From Candidatus Poseidoniaceae archaeon (GTDB lineage Archaea; Thermoplasmatota; Poseidoniia; Poseidoniales; Poseidoniaceae), in NCBI GenBank assembly GCA_943789275.1, contig CALSTM010000003.1, positions 270,001 to 302,000 of the forward strand: DNA of 32,000 bases, given 5' to 3'. This document shows, piece after piece, positions 15,801-23,723 of the stretch (position 1 is the stretch's first letter; each line of letters opens with the position of its first letter). The notes below the pieces were generated by a model. The model was given only the letters and a program-made list of their open reading frames with translations. It was not told where the DNA came from and made no database searches. The position numbers were made by a program, and so were the translations under genes.

Positions 15801-16550
15801 TCATAGATATTCCAAAGCAATGAGTGCTTCACGGATGTACATTAGACCACTCAGTACAATGGCGATGAGTATACCTTTTCGAATGCGTTCAGACTTCCAT
15901 TTCTTGAGCCACCGTTTACCAAGTTTGACTCCAAGTATCGCCGCTAGAACGAGCCCTAAGATGAGCCAGCCGGCTTCAAGAATCTGCCATCCTTCAAGGG
16001 CGACATACACGGGAATTCTCGTCACATCAACAACCAGTGCCAATACGGCAGCTGTTGCAGCATATTCGGCCTTGTCAGGTAATCGCTTTTGCAAAAACAT
16101 AGCACGTAGCGCCCCTTGATGGCCGGTTAGCCCTCCAAAGAATCCGGAACCAAAGCCTCCAATCCGATCTTCAGCCTCTGGCAAACGGAAGTCTGTCCAG
16201 CGCTCAGTCACTGATAACAAAGGCAAGACGACAAGTGCTATTCCAACCAGAAGCAGTAAAGGTTCAGCATCAACAATGGTATTGAGAAAAGCACCAAGAA
16301 GCGCTCCCGCAACCATTGCCCAGCCGAATCGACGCACTGCTGTGTAATCGACACTTTCCCGCAAGACCTTCAGTTTCCAGGCATTGTGTGAACCATGAAC
16401 AAGAGCAACCACTGCTACTGCCTCGTGAGGTTCGAGCCAAAGAAAGACGACCGGCGTAATCATTGTGGCCAGACCAAAACCAGCAGGTACAGTCAACGCT
16501 GCTGCAAAGAAAGTCGCTGCGAGACTGAACACAATCAGGCCACCATCCAT
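15801..16550 (-). CDS. TauE/SafE-family anion (sulfite/sulfoacetate-type) exporter
   Basis: 249 aa, ~8 TM helices in two similar halves, with the glycine-rich segment GGFGSGFFGGLTGHQGAL typical of the family. It is convergent with livF with a 3-nt gap. Confidence 0.65.
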   Translation of the reverse strand: MDGGLIVFSLAATFFAAALTVPAGFGLATMITPVVFLWLEPHEAVAVVALVHGSHNAWKLKVLRESVDYTAVRRFGWAMVAGALLGAFLNTIVDAEPLLLLVGIALVVLPLLSVTERWTDFRLPEAEDRIGGFGSGFFGGLTGHQGALRAMFLQKRLPDKAEYAATAAVLALVVDVTRIPVYVALEGWQILEAGWLILGLVLAAILGVKLGKRWLKKWKSERIRKGILIAIVLSGLMYIREALIALEYL

Positions 16551-16622
16551 GCCTCTCGCTGTTTAAACAACAACATAAGTCTAAGCACCATAGATTTCGA
16601 TAGATGGAGGCCAAAGCACCCT

Positions 16623-16643
16623 CGTCAAAAGAAAGTTTTGACG
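16623..16643. promoter_or_regulatory. Perfect 8-bp inverted repeat in a divergent intergenic region (candidate operator or small hairpin)
   Basis: CGTCAAAA-gaaag-TTTTGACG, located 19 nt upstream of the TATA-like box at 16662. Confidence 0.3.
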
Positions 16644-16661
16644 GCTGAATATTGAGCAATG

Positions 16662-16668
16662 TTTATAT
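16662..16668 (+). promoter_or_regulatory. TATA-like box (TTTATAT) positioned for a leaderless transcript of the 16693 gene
   Basis: The centre of the box is 28 nt upstream of the ATG at 16693, and there is no SD-like sequence in between. Confidence 0.4.
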
Positions 16669-16692
16669 CACAATACAAAGGATTATGGTGTC

Positions 16693-17409
16693 ATGAGTGA
16701 TAAAAACTTAACACCATACTTTCTGACATTTGGGCCTGTATTATTGGTTGGAGCATTTATGATGTGGCCTGCTTCTGAAGCCATTGGAGCGCGTGGAACG
16801 CAATCCCTCGTTGATGCGATGGATACGCTCATGCCGCTCCTCATTGCTGGAACTCTTGGAACTATTATGGTCTTGAGCGGCGTGTATCTGCTGATTTCCG
16901 AAATGATGGAAAATACCAGTGGCATGAAGAAACAATTACTCAGTATTGCGGGGGTCTTGATTATCGTGACCTTGATGGCCTTCGTTACCGGAATGGGCAG
17001 TAACGTAACTGTCATCAATGAAGCAGACCGAGAAATCGATGCTGATGATGATGCATTTGCATACGCTTCTGAAGAAGACCGTACAGATACCCTCAACAAC
17101 GCCTTTGATGCTGGAAACACTGTTTGGCAGATGTCTCCAGTGACCTGGGGATTGTCTCTGGTACTCATCGGTTTAGTATCGTTCATGATGAAGCGACCTG
17201 AATCTGCAATGGAGTATGTTCTACCAGCACTTATGCCGCTAGGAACTGTTTTCCTCAGCCTGCCAATAATCAATGATCCAGGATTGTTCAACATCGTGTT
17301 CCCAATTACGTTACTGGTTCACATTATCATTGGTGGCCTCATGCTATCGGGCAACCTCTCGATACCTGGCACTACAGAGGAAGGTACTGAACATGGATTG
17401 GAAAACTGA
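16693..17409 (+). CDS. Hypothetical polytopic membrane protein with a central acidic loop
   Basis: 238 aa with ~6 hydrophobic helices and the acidic loop NEADREIDADDDAFAYASEEDRTD. The antisense 203-aa ORF is S/R-rich and looks like an artefact. I recognise no family motif. Confidence 0.6.
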   Translation: MSDKNLTPYFLTFGPVLLVGAFMMWPASEAIGARGTQSLVDAMDTLMPLLIAGTLGTIMVLSGVYLLISEMMENTSGMKKQLLSIAGVLIIVTLMAFVTGMGSNVTVINEADREIDADDDAFAYASEEDRTDTLNNAFDAGNTVWQMSPVTWGLSLVLIGLVSFMMKRPESAMEYVLPALMPLGTVFLSLPIINDPGLFNIVFPITLLVHIIIGGLMLSGNLSIPGTTEEGTEHGLEN

Positions 17410-17475
17410 AGCACTGACACCACGAAAATTGGCAGACAAGACCGTTCAAATCGACAACATTTGGAGTGATGCATT

Positions 17476-17922
17476 TTGAAGCCAAAGATTCCGATGATCA
17501 TTATCGCCGTACTCTTGCTTCTTCAAGGAATACCAATGATTGCGATTCCAGTAGCATTTGACAAGGACTATTTCCCTGATGAGTTGGATAATCCAACCTC
17601 TGAGGAAGGTGTCGCCTACGAAGGTCTTGCTGCACACAACAAGGTTGGCCTCGGGGCAATGATGTCAGGATTAGCCATTCTTTTGCTCTTGAACATCAAC
17701 CGGCCTGAAAGAGAAGCAAAGCGCCTCTTCTTTCAGTCAATGCTGTGCATGATGTTACCGACGTTTCTTCTCATCGGCCTTGGCGGTGCGAGGGATTTTG
17801 TTGATGCACCCCCCGCGCCTGCTATCATCATGGGTCTCATCTTCACTGGATTGGCAGTCTATGTTTGGAACAGTCCAGATGAAGATGAAGCAGTCAATTC
17901 TTCTGAAGAAGCGCTGACTTGA
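17476..17922 (+). CDS. Hypothetical 4-TM membrane protein
   Basis: 148 aa with four hydrophobic segments and an acidic C-terminus. The track start is TTG, and the ATG at 17494 is an alternative start. Confidence 0.5.
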   Translation: MKPKIPMIIIAVLLLLQGIPMIAIPVAFDKDYFPDELDNPTSEEGVAYEGLAAHNKVGLGAMMSGLAILLLLNINRPEREAKRLFFQSMLCMMLPTFLLIGLGGARDFVDAPPAPAIIMGLIFTGLAVYVWNSPDEDEAVNSSEEALT

Positions 17923-17947
17923 TGAAGTCCCTCCACATGGCAAACTC

Positions 17948-18784
17948 ATGCAGATTGGTCACACCACCGCTGATGGCTCTCAAACCCATACCCTCACCAT
18001 ACCTCAATTCGGCCTTGGCGTCTTTTTGATGTCCGAGCCAGGTGAATGCAAGTCTTCCGTTTTAGCAGCACTCAAAGCAGGTTACACCCATATCGACACG
18101 GCAAGCATGTATGCCAACGAGCACGAAGTGGGTCAAGCCATCAAAGAAGCTGGCGTTGAGCGCTCTTCAGTGTTCATTACTACGAAGCTACGCCGTGGCC
18201 ATGCAGTTGGCTACGAAGATACGCTTGAGCACTGTAAGACATCACTCGAGTTGCTCGATACCGAGTACATTGACCTGTACTTGGTTCATGCACCGCCTGA
18301 AGACCCAGAACACCGTGCTCCGGTATGGAAGGCAATGGAACACTGTCTTGAACAAGGATGGGTCAAAGCGATTGGCGTCTCAAATTACGGACCAGCACAC
18401 CTCGAAGCGATGAAGGAGTACGCCACCTACATGCCTTCAGTCAACCAAGTTGAATTCAATCCTTGGCTGCAACGCCCTCACCTCAAACAAGCAACTGAAG
18501 AGGCTGGTGCTAAACTCATGGCGTACTCACCGCTCGCTCGAGGGCACAAAGTCGACGATCCTGAATTGGGCGCCATTGCTGAACGTCTCGGTTGCACGCC
18601 AGCGCAAGTAGCCATCAAGTTCTGTTACGATGAAGGATGCATCACCATTCCAAAGTCGAGCAATCCTTCTCGCATCATCGAAAATCTCGCATCGCTTGAC
18701 GTTGATATTTCGAGCGAAATGGACGCGATACGTGCACTTGAATGCAATTATGTTTCAGGTTGGGACCCGACAACCCAGCCCTGA
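17948..18784 (+). CDS. Aldo/keto reductase (2,5-diketo-D-gluconate reductase-like)
   Basis: AKR blocks: HIDTASMYANEHEVGQAI (catalytic Asp/Tyr), FITTKL (Lys), LYLVHAP (His), IGVSNY, IPKSSNPSRIIEN. Confidence 0.9.
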   Translation: MQIGHTTADGSQTHTLTIPQFGLGVFLMSEPGECKSSVLAALKAGYTHIDTASMYANEHEVGQAIKEAGVERSSVFITTKLRRGHAVGYEDTLEHCKTSLELLDTEYIDLYLVHAPPEDPEHRAPVWKAMEHCLEQGWVKAIGVSNYGPAHLEAMKEYATYMPSVNQVEFNPWLQRPHLKQATEEAGAKLMAYSPLARGHKVDDPELGAIAERLGCTPAQVAIKFCYDEGCITIPKSSNPSRIIENLASLDVDISSEMDAIRALECNYVSGWDPTTQP

Positions 18785-18819
18785 GTTAAGCCAAAATACA
18801 GGCTGTTGAATTCAAGTTC

Positions 18820-19179
18820 ATGGCGAAAGTCAATCTTGAGGAAAAGTTCAGCGCATTTTCTGATCACTGGTCACCGCGTGTTATCGCTGAAATGAACGAT
18901 TACCAGTTCAAGCTTGCAAAAATGGAAGGCGAGTTTGTGTGGCACAATCATGTCGATACCGATGAAGTATTCATCGTTGTCAAAGGTTCGATGTGCATCG
19001 AAATGGAGCATGAAACCATTGAGTTGAATGAAGGTGAAATGTACGTCGTTCCCAAGGGTGTGATGCACAAACCGTATGCTCAGAACGAGTGTCACGTGAT
19101 GTTGGTTGAGCCTCGTGGTGTCGTGAATACCGGAGATTCAGAAGGGGAACTCACTGCAGAAAACGACGTCTGGGTTTAG
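18820..19179 (+). CDS. Cupin-domain protein
   Basis: 119 aa with the two-motif cupin pattern: WHNHVDTDEVFIVVKG ... GEMYVVPKGVMHKP. Confidence 0.75.
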   Translation: MAKVNLEEKFSAFSDHWSPRVIAEMNDYQFKLAKMEGEFVWHNHVDTDEVFIVVKGSMCIEMEHETIELNEGEMYVVPKGVMHKPYAQNECHVMLVEPRGVVNTGDSEGELTAENDVWV

Positions 19180-19201
19180 GCGTGCCAACAGTCAAGACAG
19201 C

Positions 19202-20288
19202 GTGAAGGATGTGATGGCTATGTCGGAGATACTCATCGATGCTGACATTCGCAAAGCACGCACGCTTCCGTCTCGGTTTTACACTGAACCGCTCGAATTT
19301 GAACAACTCAAGAAGGTCTTCAATGGATGGCAATTTGCAGCCCACACATCAGAACTGGAAACTCATTCCATGCTGCCTCTTACGCATATTGAAGCCATGA
19401 CTGGAGAATCCGTCTTGCTTTTACGAGACAAAGAAACGCGTTGTCTTTCCAACGTATGCACGCATCGAGGCATGCGTTTAGCACTCGAACCCTGTTCCAA
19501 GAAAACGCTTCAATGCCGTTACCACGGTCGCACCTTCAACCTCGACGGCACCTTTCGCCACATGCCGGAGTTTGAGCAAGCCATTGGTTTCCCGAGTGAT
19601 GAAGACAACCTCCATCGGTTTCCGCTCAAACAGTGGTTGGGCATGTACTTCACTGCTCAAGAAGAAGTGGCAGGATCTGCCGTGGGAAATGCTTGAGCAA
19701 CGTTTGGGGTTCCTTGCACCTGCCTCGTTCACGCACGATGCTCACCGAGACCGCGACCATACAATTGATGCCAATTGGTTGCTTTACGTCGACAATTACC
19801 TCGAAGGTTTCCATATTCCTTATGTCCATCCTGAGCTGAACCAGGCGCTCGATTATTCGGGCTATACTACCGAGACCTTTGATGGCGGAGTACTGCAGAT
19901 TGGCAAAGCAATGGAAGGCGATGTCAAGTTCGATTTACCACTCGGACATCCTGATGAAGGCCAAGACATTGCAGCATATTACCTGTGGCTGTTCCCAAAC
20001 ATGATGTTCAATTTCTACCCTTGGGGATTGTCGGTCAATGTGGTGGTTCCCGTCTCACACAAGCAGTGCCGTGTGCTTTACCGCGGTTATGTCAGCGATG
20101 CTGAACTGGCCAGCCAAGGCGCTGGTTCAGTGCTCGATACGGTAGAAGAGCAGGACCAATGGGTGATTGAAGAAGTGCAGAAAGGCATGGCTTCCAAAGC
20201 CTATGACCGTGGAAGGTATTCACCCACACGAGAACAAGGCGTGCATCATTTTCATCGGATTCTAACCCAGTTGTTTGTTGGAGAGTAA
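19202..20288 (+). pseudogene. Rieske [2Fe-2S] non-heme-iron oxygenase alpha subunit (choline-monooxygenase-like), interrupted by a single frameshift
   Basis: ORF 19202..19696 encodes the Rieske domain (CTHRGMRL ... CRYHGRTF). ORF 19572..20288, in the next frame, encodes the catalytic domain (DNYLEGFHIPYVHPEL, 2-His iron motif). The two frames overlap by 125 nt, and the sense of the protein switches at about 19649-19693. Confidence 0.7.
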
Positions 20289-20391
20289 AGCAGCGATGCC
20301 CATATTCGTAAGAACATGAGGAATCTCCCTTCTCATCCGATTATTGGAAGCCCTTGCAAAGAACTATGTGTTAAACTCCAGTAAAAGGGCT

Positions 20392-20787
20392 ATGAATCTC
20401 GATGTCCTTGCACGCCCAACAATGCAGGTGAATCTTTGGGCCTCACTTGGCTATGGTGTTTTCCTTTTGGCTGCTCCCGACATGTTTTGCGATCTACTCG
20501 AAGCTGAAGCCGTCAACACTTCTTGGTTGCGGACAATAGGCGCAGCTCTGCTTGGAACCAATGTTGTAGGAAGCTGGTTATGGCTAAAGAGTCCATCTTT
20601 GGACATGGGTCGGGTTCAAACAATAACCGCAGGACTTGAAGCGTTTGCAATGGCGCTTTCGCTCTACTTGGGCGAATTCACTGCAGAGAATATTTGGATG
20701 GTTCAAGCATCTGTTGTTTTGGCATTCATTGTCACCATAGGGCTCTACTCATCCTCATTGAGTACGTATTATGATTCCGAAGGTTAG
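20392..20787 (+). CDS. Hypothetical small 4-TM membrane protein
   Basis: Taking the first ATG of track ORF 20344..20787 gives 131 aa with four hydrophobic segments. I recognise no motif. Confidence 0.45.
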   Translation: MNLDVLARPTMQVNLWASLGYGVFLLAAPDMFCDLLEAEAVNTSWLRTIGAALLGTNVVGSWLWLKSPSLDMGRVQTITAGLEAFAMALSLYLGEFTAENIWMVQASVVLAFIVTIGLYSSSLSTYYDSEG

Positions 20788-20895
20788 AGCGGGTTTCTCT
20801 TCTTCGGAGTGTTAACTTCGCCTGCTTTGCAATGGGTACCCACATACACGTATACGACCACAAGGGGCCCCATGCATATATTCTCCAAATAGTTC

Positions 20896-20903
20896 AATTT
20901 AAG
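20896..20903 (+). promoter_or_regulatory. TATA-like box (AATTTAAG) positioned for a leaderless transcript of the 20927 gene
   Basis: The centre is ~27 nt upstream of the ATG at 20927, with no SD-like sequence. Confidence 0.35.
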
Positions 20904-20926
20904 AGAAGATACAAGAAGCATAGAAC

Positions 20927-23032
20927 ATGTCAACAACCTTCTCGCCTGATGGCAAATGGATGTGGAACGGTACTGAATGGATTCCATCGCCACCAGTAGC
21001 TGAGCCAACCGTCGTCCAATCTGCACAGTCAACAATTCAACAAGTTGCACAGTCAACCGGCGTGCCCGTTGAAACGCTCACTCAAATGGCTCCAAATTTT
21101 GACATAAATAATGACAAGAGTTTAGATCAATACGAGATGGAATTAGCTGCTTCTGCCTATCGAAATCCACCTTCGAACCCATATGCCCCATTGATGAAAC
21201 CAACGGAAAAAGGAAGGTCGAAGAAAATCATGGTTAGTGCAGTTGTCATCATGCTCGTTGCCACGACATCTTTTTGGTTGTTATCGCCTGATATTTCGCC
21301 GATTTCTTCCATTCACGATACAGACGGTGACGGATTTCCCGATAGCGACGACGCCTTCAAGTTCAATTCTAGTGAATGGGCCGATCAAGATAATGATGGC
21401 GTGGGAGATAATGCCGATGCCTTTCCAAATAATTCTAATGAAACCTTAGATTCGGATAACGACGGTTTTGGAGATAATCAAGATGATTGTCCGGGTACCG
21501 CTGGAACATCTGAACTGGATAAATTTGGTTGCATAGATGGCGATGGTGATGGGATTTCAGATTCATCAGATGAATTTCCGGACGATTCATCTGAATGGGC
21601 TGATCTTGACGGTGATGGATTTGGAGACAATTTAGACGCTTGCCCAAACGTTGCAGGCACTTCCTTTTCGGATCGCTCAGGTTGCTTAGACTCTGATTCA
21701 GATGGTTTTTCTGATGCACAGGTGGATTGGACAGTTGAGGATGGAGGCGATGCCTTTCCAACAGATACAACTCAATGGCGGGACACAGATGGAGACGGGT
21801 ATGGCGACAATGTGTTGGGAAATAATCCCGATCTCTTCCCTCAAAATCCAAATGAATGGGCAGATACAGATGGCGATGGTATTGGCGACAACACAGACAT
21901 CGACGATGACAATGACCTTGTGCCAGATGTTGATGATTTGAATCCCAATCGAGATGCTGCTGTTTTCTTGAACTTCTCTCTTTTTACTGTCTATGAATAC
22001 ATGGACTACTTTGACAACTATGCTGAAGTCTACTTGTGCGTCTATGTGAATTCCCTCGAACAGGGATGTATCCCCGACCAATCCACATATTGGAGTCTTG
22101 AAACCGGAACTACATATTCGTTGGATACTTCATATTTCCTTGATTTGAATGAATCAATTCGATACCACTCCATTGAAATTTATGCGTGGGACTCTGATGC
22201 TTGGGAAGATGATTTGATCGATATCAGTTCTGATCCGGATTGGAGTTCTCACTTATTTGTTTATGACAGTGTCACAAGTCTTTCAGGTGAAACATATGTC
22301 GCAGATGGAACGCTTGATTCCACAGGTTGGGATGGCGTCCTAGAGTATTCAATGGAGCCTTTCGATAACCGGAATTATCGAGGGCATGAATTCACTTGGG
22401 ATTATGATAACAGTGAATATTCCTTGTTGTGGGGCCTTGATTATTCGACATACGCTCAGAGTCGATCATTATCGCACTATATCGACTGGAGCGGGGCATC
22501 TACACTTGCGGATGTTGTTGATCAATACGCTGCTTTCGCTGTAACAGACCAAGCCTATGTCACCGAACTCGCAACCGAGCTCAAAGACATGGCAATCCAA
22601 AATGGATACACATCTGAACTAGAAATTGCCGAATTCATTTATGCGTTTGTTGGGGACATACAGTATCAACTTGATTCGATTGATTATGGAGATCAAGAAT
22701 ACCCCAAATTCCCTATTGAAATGCTTTGGGAACAGAATGGTGATTGCGAGGATGCAGCACTTCTTTACATCAGCCTGACTGAAAGTATCGGTTACGATTC
22801 AGCGTTAATGATTGGTGAAGTTAAATCAAGTTCCGATGAAGAATGGGGCGGTCATGCGTGGGCAGTCATTTTCATTCCTGACCATTCTGGTGATGGTTGG
22901 TATGGATTCGGCTCAAAGTCCGATGTACCATATTATTTCGTTGAAGCGACGGCTCACTATGATGGCTCCTCAATGATTGGTCAAAACCCATGGTATGATG
23001 TGCAAAACCATGGATTCTATGACGTCGAATGA
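20927..23032 (+). CDS. N-terminally anchored surface protein: thrombospondin type-3 (calcium-binding) repeats + unknown beta-rich region + transglutaminase-like Cys-protease domain
   Basis: TM helix IMVSAVVIMLVATTSFWLL. About 8 D-x-D-x-DG-x-x-D repeats, e.g. DTDGDGFPDSDD, DSDNDGFGDNQDDCPG, DLDGDGFGDNLDACPN. C-terminal NGDCEDAALLY ... GGHAWAVIFIP ... YFVEAT gives a Cys607/His643/acidic triad pattern. Confidence 0.8.
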   Translation: MSTTFSPDGKWMWNGTEWIPSPPVAEPTVVQSAQSTIQQVAQSTGVPVETLTQMAPNFDINNDKSLDQYEMELAASAYRNPPSNPYAPLMKPTEKGRSKKIMVSAVVIMLVATTSFWLLSPDISPISSIHDTDGDGFPDSDDAFKFNSSEWADQDNDGVGDNADAFPNNSNETLDSDNDGFGDNQDDCPGTAGTSELDKFGCIDGDGDGISDSSDEFPDDSSEWADLDGDGFGDNLDACPNVAGTSFSDRSGCLDSDSDGFSDAQVDWTVEDGGDAFPTDTTQWRDTDGDGYGDNVLGNNPDLFPQNPNEWADTDGDGIGDNTDIDDDNDLVPDVDDLNPNRDAAVFLNFSLFTVYEYMDYFDNYAEVYLCVYVNSLEQGCIPDQSTYWSLETGTTYSLDTSYFLDLNESIRYHSIEIYAWDSDAWEDDLIDISSDPDWSSHLFVYDSVTSLSGETYVADGTLDSTGWDGVLEYSMEPFDNRNYRGHEFTWDYDNSEYSLLWGLDYSTYAQSRSLSHYIDWSGASTLADVVDQYAAFAVTDQAYVTELATELKDMAIQNGYTSELEIAEFIYAFVGDIQYQLDSIDYGDQEYPKFPIEMLWEQNGDCEDAALLYISLTESIGYDSALMIGEVKSSSDEEWGGHAWAVIFIPDHSGDGWYGFGSKSDVPYYFVEATAHYDGSSMIGQNPWYDVQNHGFYDVE
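21314..21946 (+). repeat. Intragenic degenerate repeats encoding the TSP3-type Asp-rich calcium-binding loops
   Basis: aa ~130-340. The DNA motif ga(t/c)ggnga(t/c)gg and the peptide motif D.D.DG.GD recur about every 20-35 aa. Confidence 0.75.
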
Positions 23033-23170
23033 GTTCCTACAAACCGATAATAAATGGATAAACCACTACCTAGAAGCACGAGGGTAGATCCAAAACACCC
23101 TTGTGCACAATTATTCTGTTCATATGGGCTCTCAGTGGGCCGTGTCCGTCCCTGCCGATTGAAACAGATA

Positions 23171-23689
23171 TTAGGAAAACCATGGGTGCTTTCCAAAATG
23201 ATTCCGTGGAACAGGCTCTTTGCTTTCAACATGATATTGAAACCCAGACAGAACCGAATTGAGATAGGACCGAAGCCGGGGGCGTACCCAAAGTACGTGA
23301 GGGAGGTATGCCAGGGGCCTGGGTAATTTCGCTAGAATGAACGGATAGACGGTGATGGTCAGGCGTGATTGAGATGTGCTAAGTGAATCGATATGCCAAA
23401 CCACATATGATTGTGGACCATCTTCTTCACCAATCAATAAACTGTAACCGCTACCTTCAGACCAACTCTGGAATCTTCGTAAGTAAGTGCGGCCATTGAG
23501 ATAAACGAGAATGTCAGAATACTCGCCATCACCCCATTTTACGACTTTATTCGATTGACAAAACGGATGGCAATCATTGAGATTATTCGGAGTGCTAACC
23601 AAGGCCCACAGTGTTGAACGATCGGTGTTGAATTCCTTGGCGTAGGAGACACCCAAGCGCCGAGTATATTTCTTCTCAATTACCGACAT
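23171..23689 (-). CDS. Hypothetical protein, possibly SRPBCC/START-fold
   Basis: I trimmed the track ORF 23171..23809 to the ATG at 23689, because the upstream 40 codons overlap the aceE 3' end. The pattern W.LV....L...HPF ... Y.NG ... W.EG.GY.L is reminiscent of polyketide-cyclase/SRPBCC proteins. This is a weak call. Confidence 0.4.
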   Translation of the reverse strand: MSVIEKKYTRRLGVSYAKEFNTDRSTLWALVSTPNNLNDCHPFCQSNKVVKWGDGEYSDILVYLNGRTYLRRFQSWSEGSGYSLLIGEEDGPQSYVVWHIDSLSTSQSRLTITVYPFILAKLPRPLAYLPHVLWVRPRLRSYLNSVLSGFQYHVESKEPVPRNHFGKHPWFS

Positions 23690-23723
23690 CACGTCACCGA
23701 TTTTCACACAGGGTGCCACTGAT

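Noticed and set aside
16683-17294. A 203-aa minus-strand ORF competing with the 16693..17409 membrane-protein gene.
   Set aside because: The plus-strand product has regular TM helices and a TATA box at -28. The minus-strand product is S/R/P-rich with no structure-like pattern.
17920-17972. A possible C/D-box sRNA: TGATGA at 17920 with a CTGA ~43 nt downstream.
   Set aside because: There are no complementary terminal stems and no internal C'/D' boxes. The segment overlaps the stop of one gene and the start of the aldo/keto reductase, so it is most likely a chance match.
21314-21946. Repetitive DNA that could be mistaken for a CRISPR-like or satellite array.
   Set aside because: The repeats are degenerate, in frame, and encode TSP3 Asp-rich calcium-binding loops. 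There are no constant-length direct repeats with unique spacers.
23033-23170. A 138-nt convergent spacer examined for an ncRNA or strong terminator hairpin.
   Set aside because: Only a weak 5-bp stem (CTACC/GGTAG) is present, with no T-tract and no recognisable RNA family motif.
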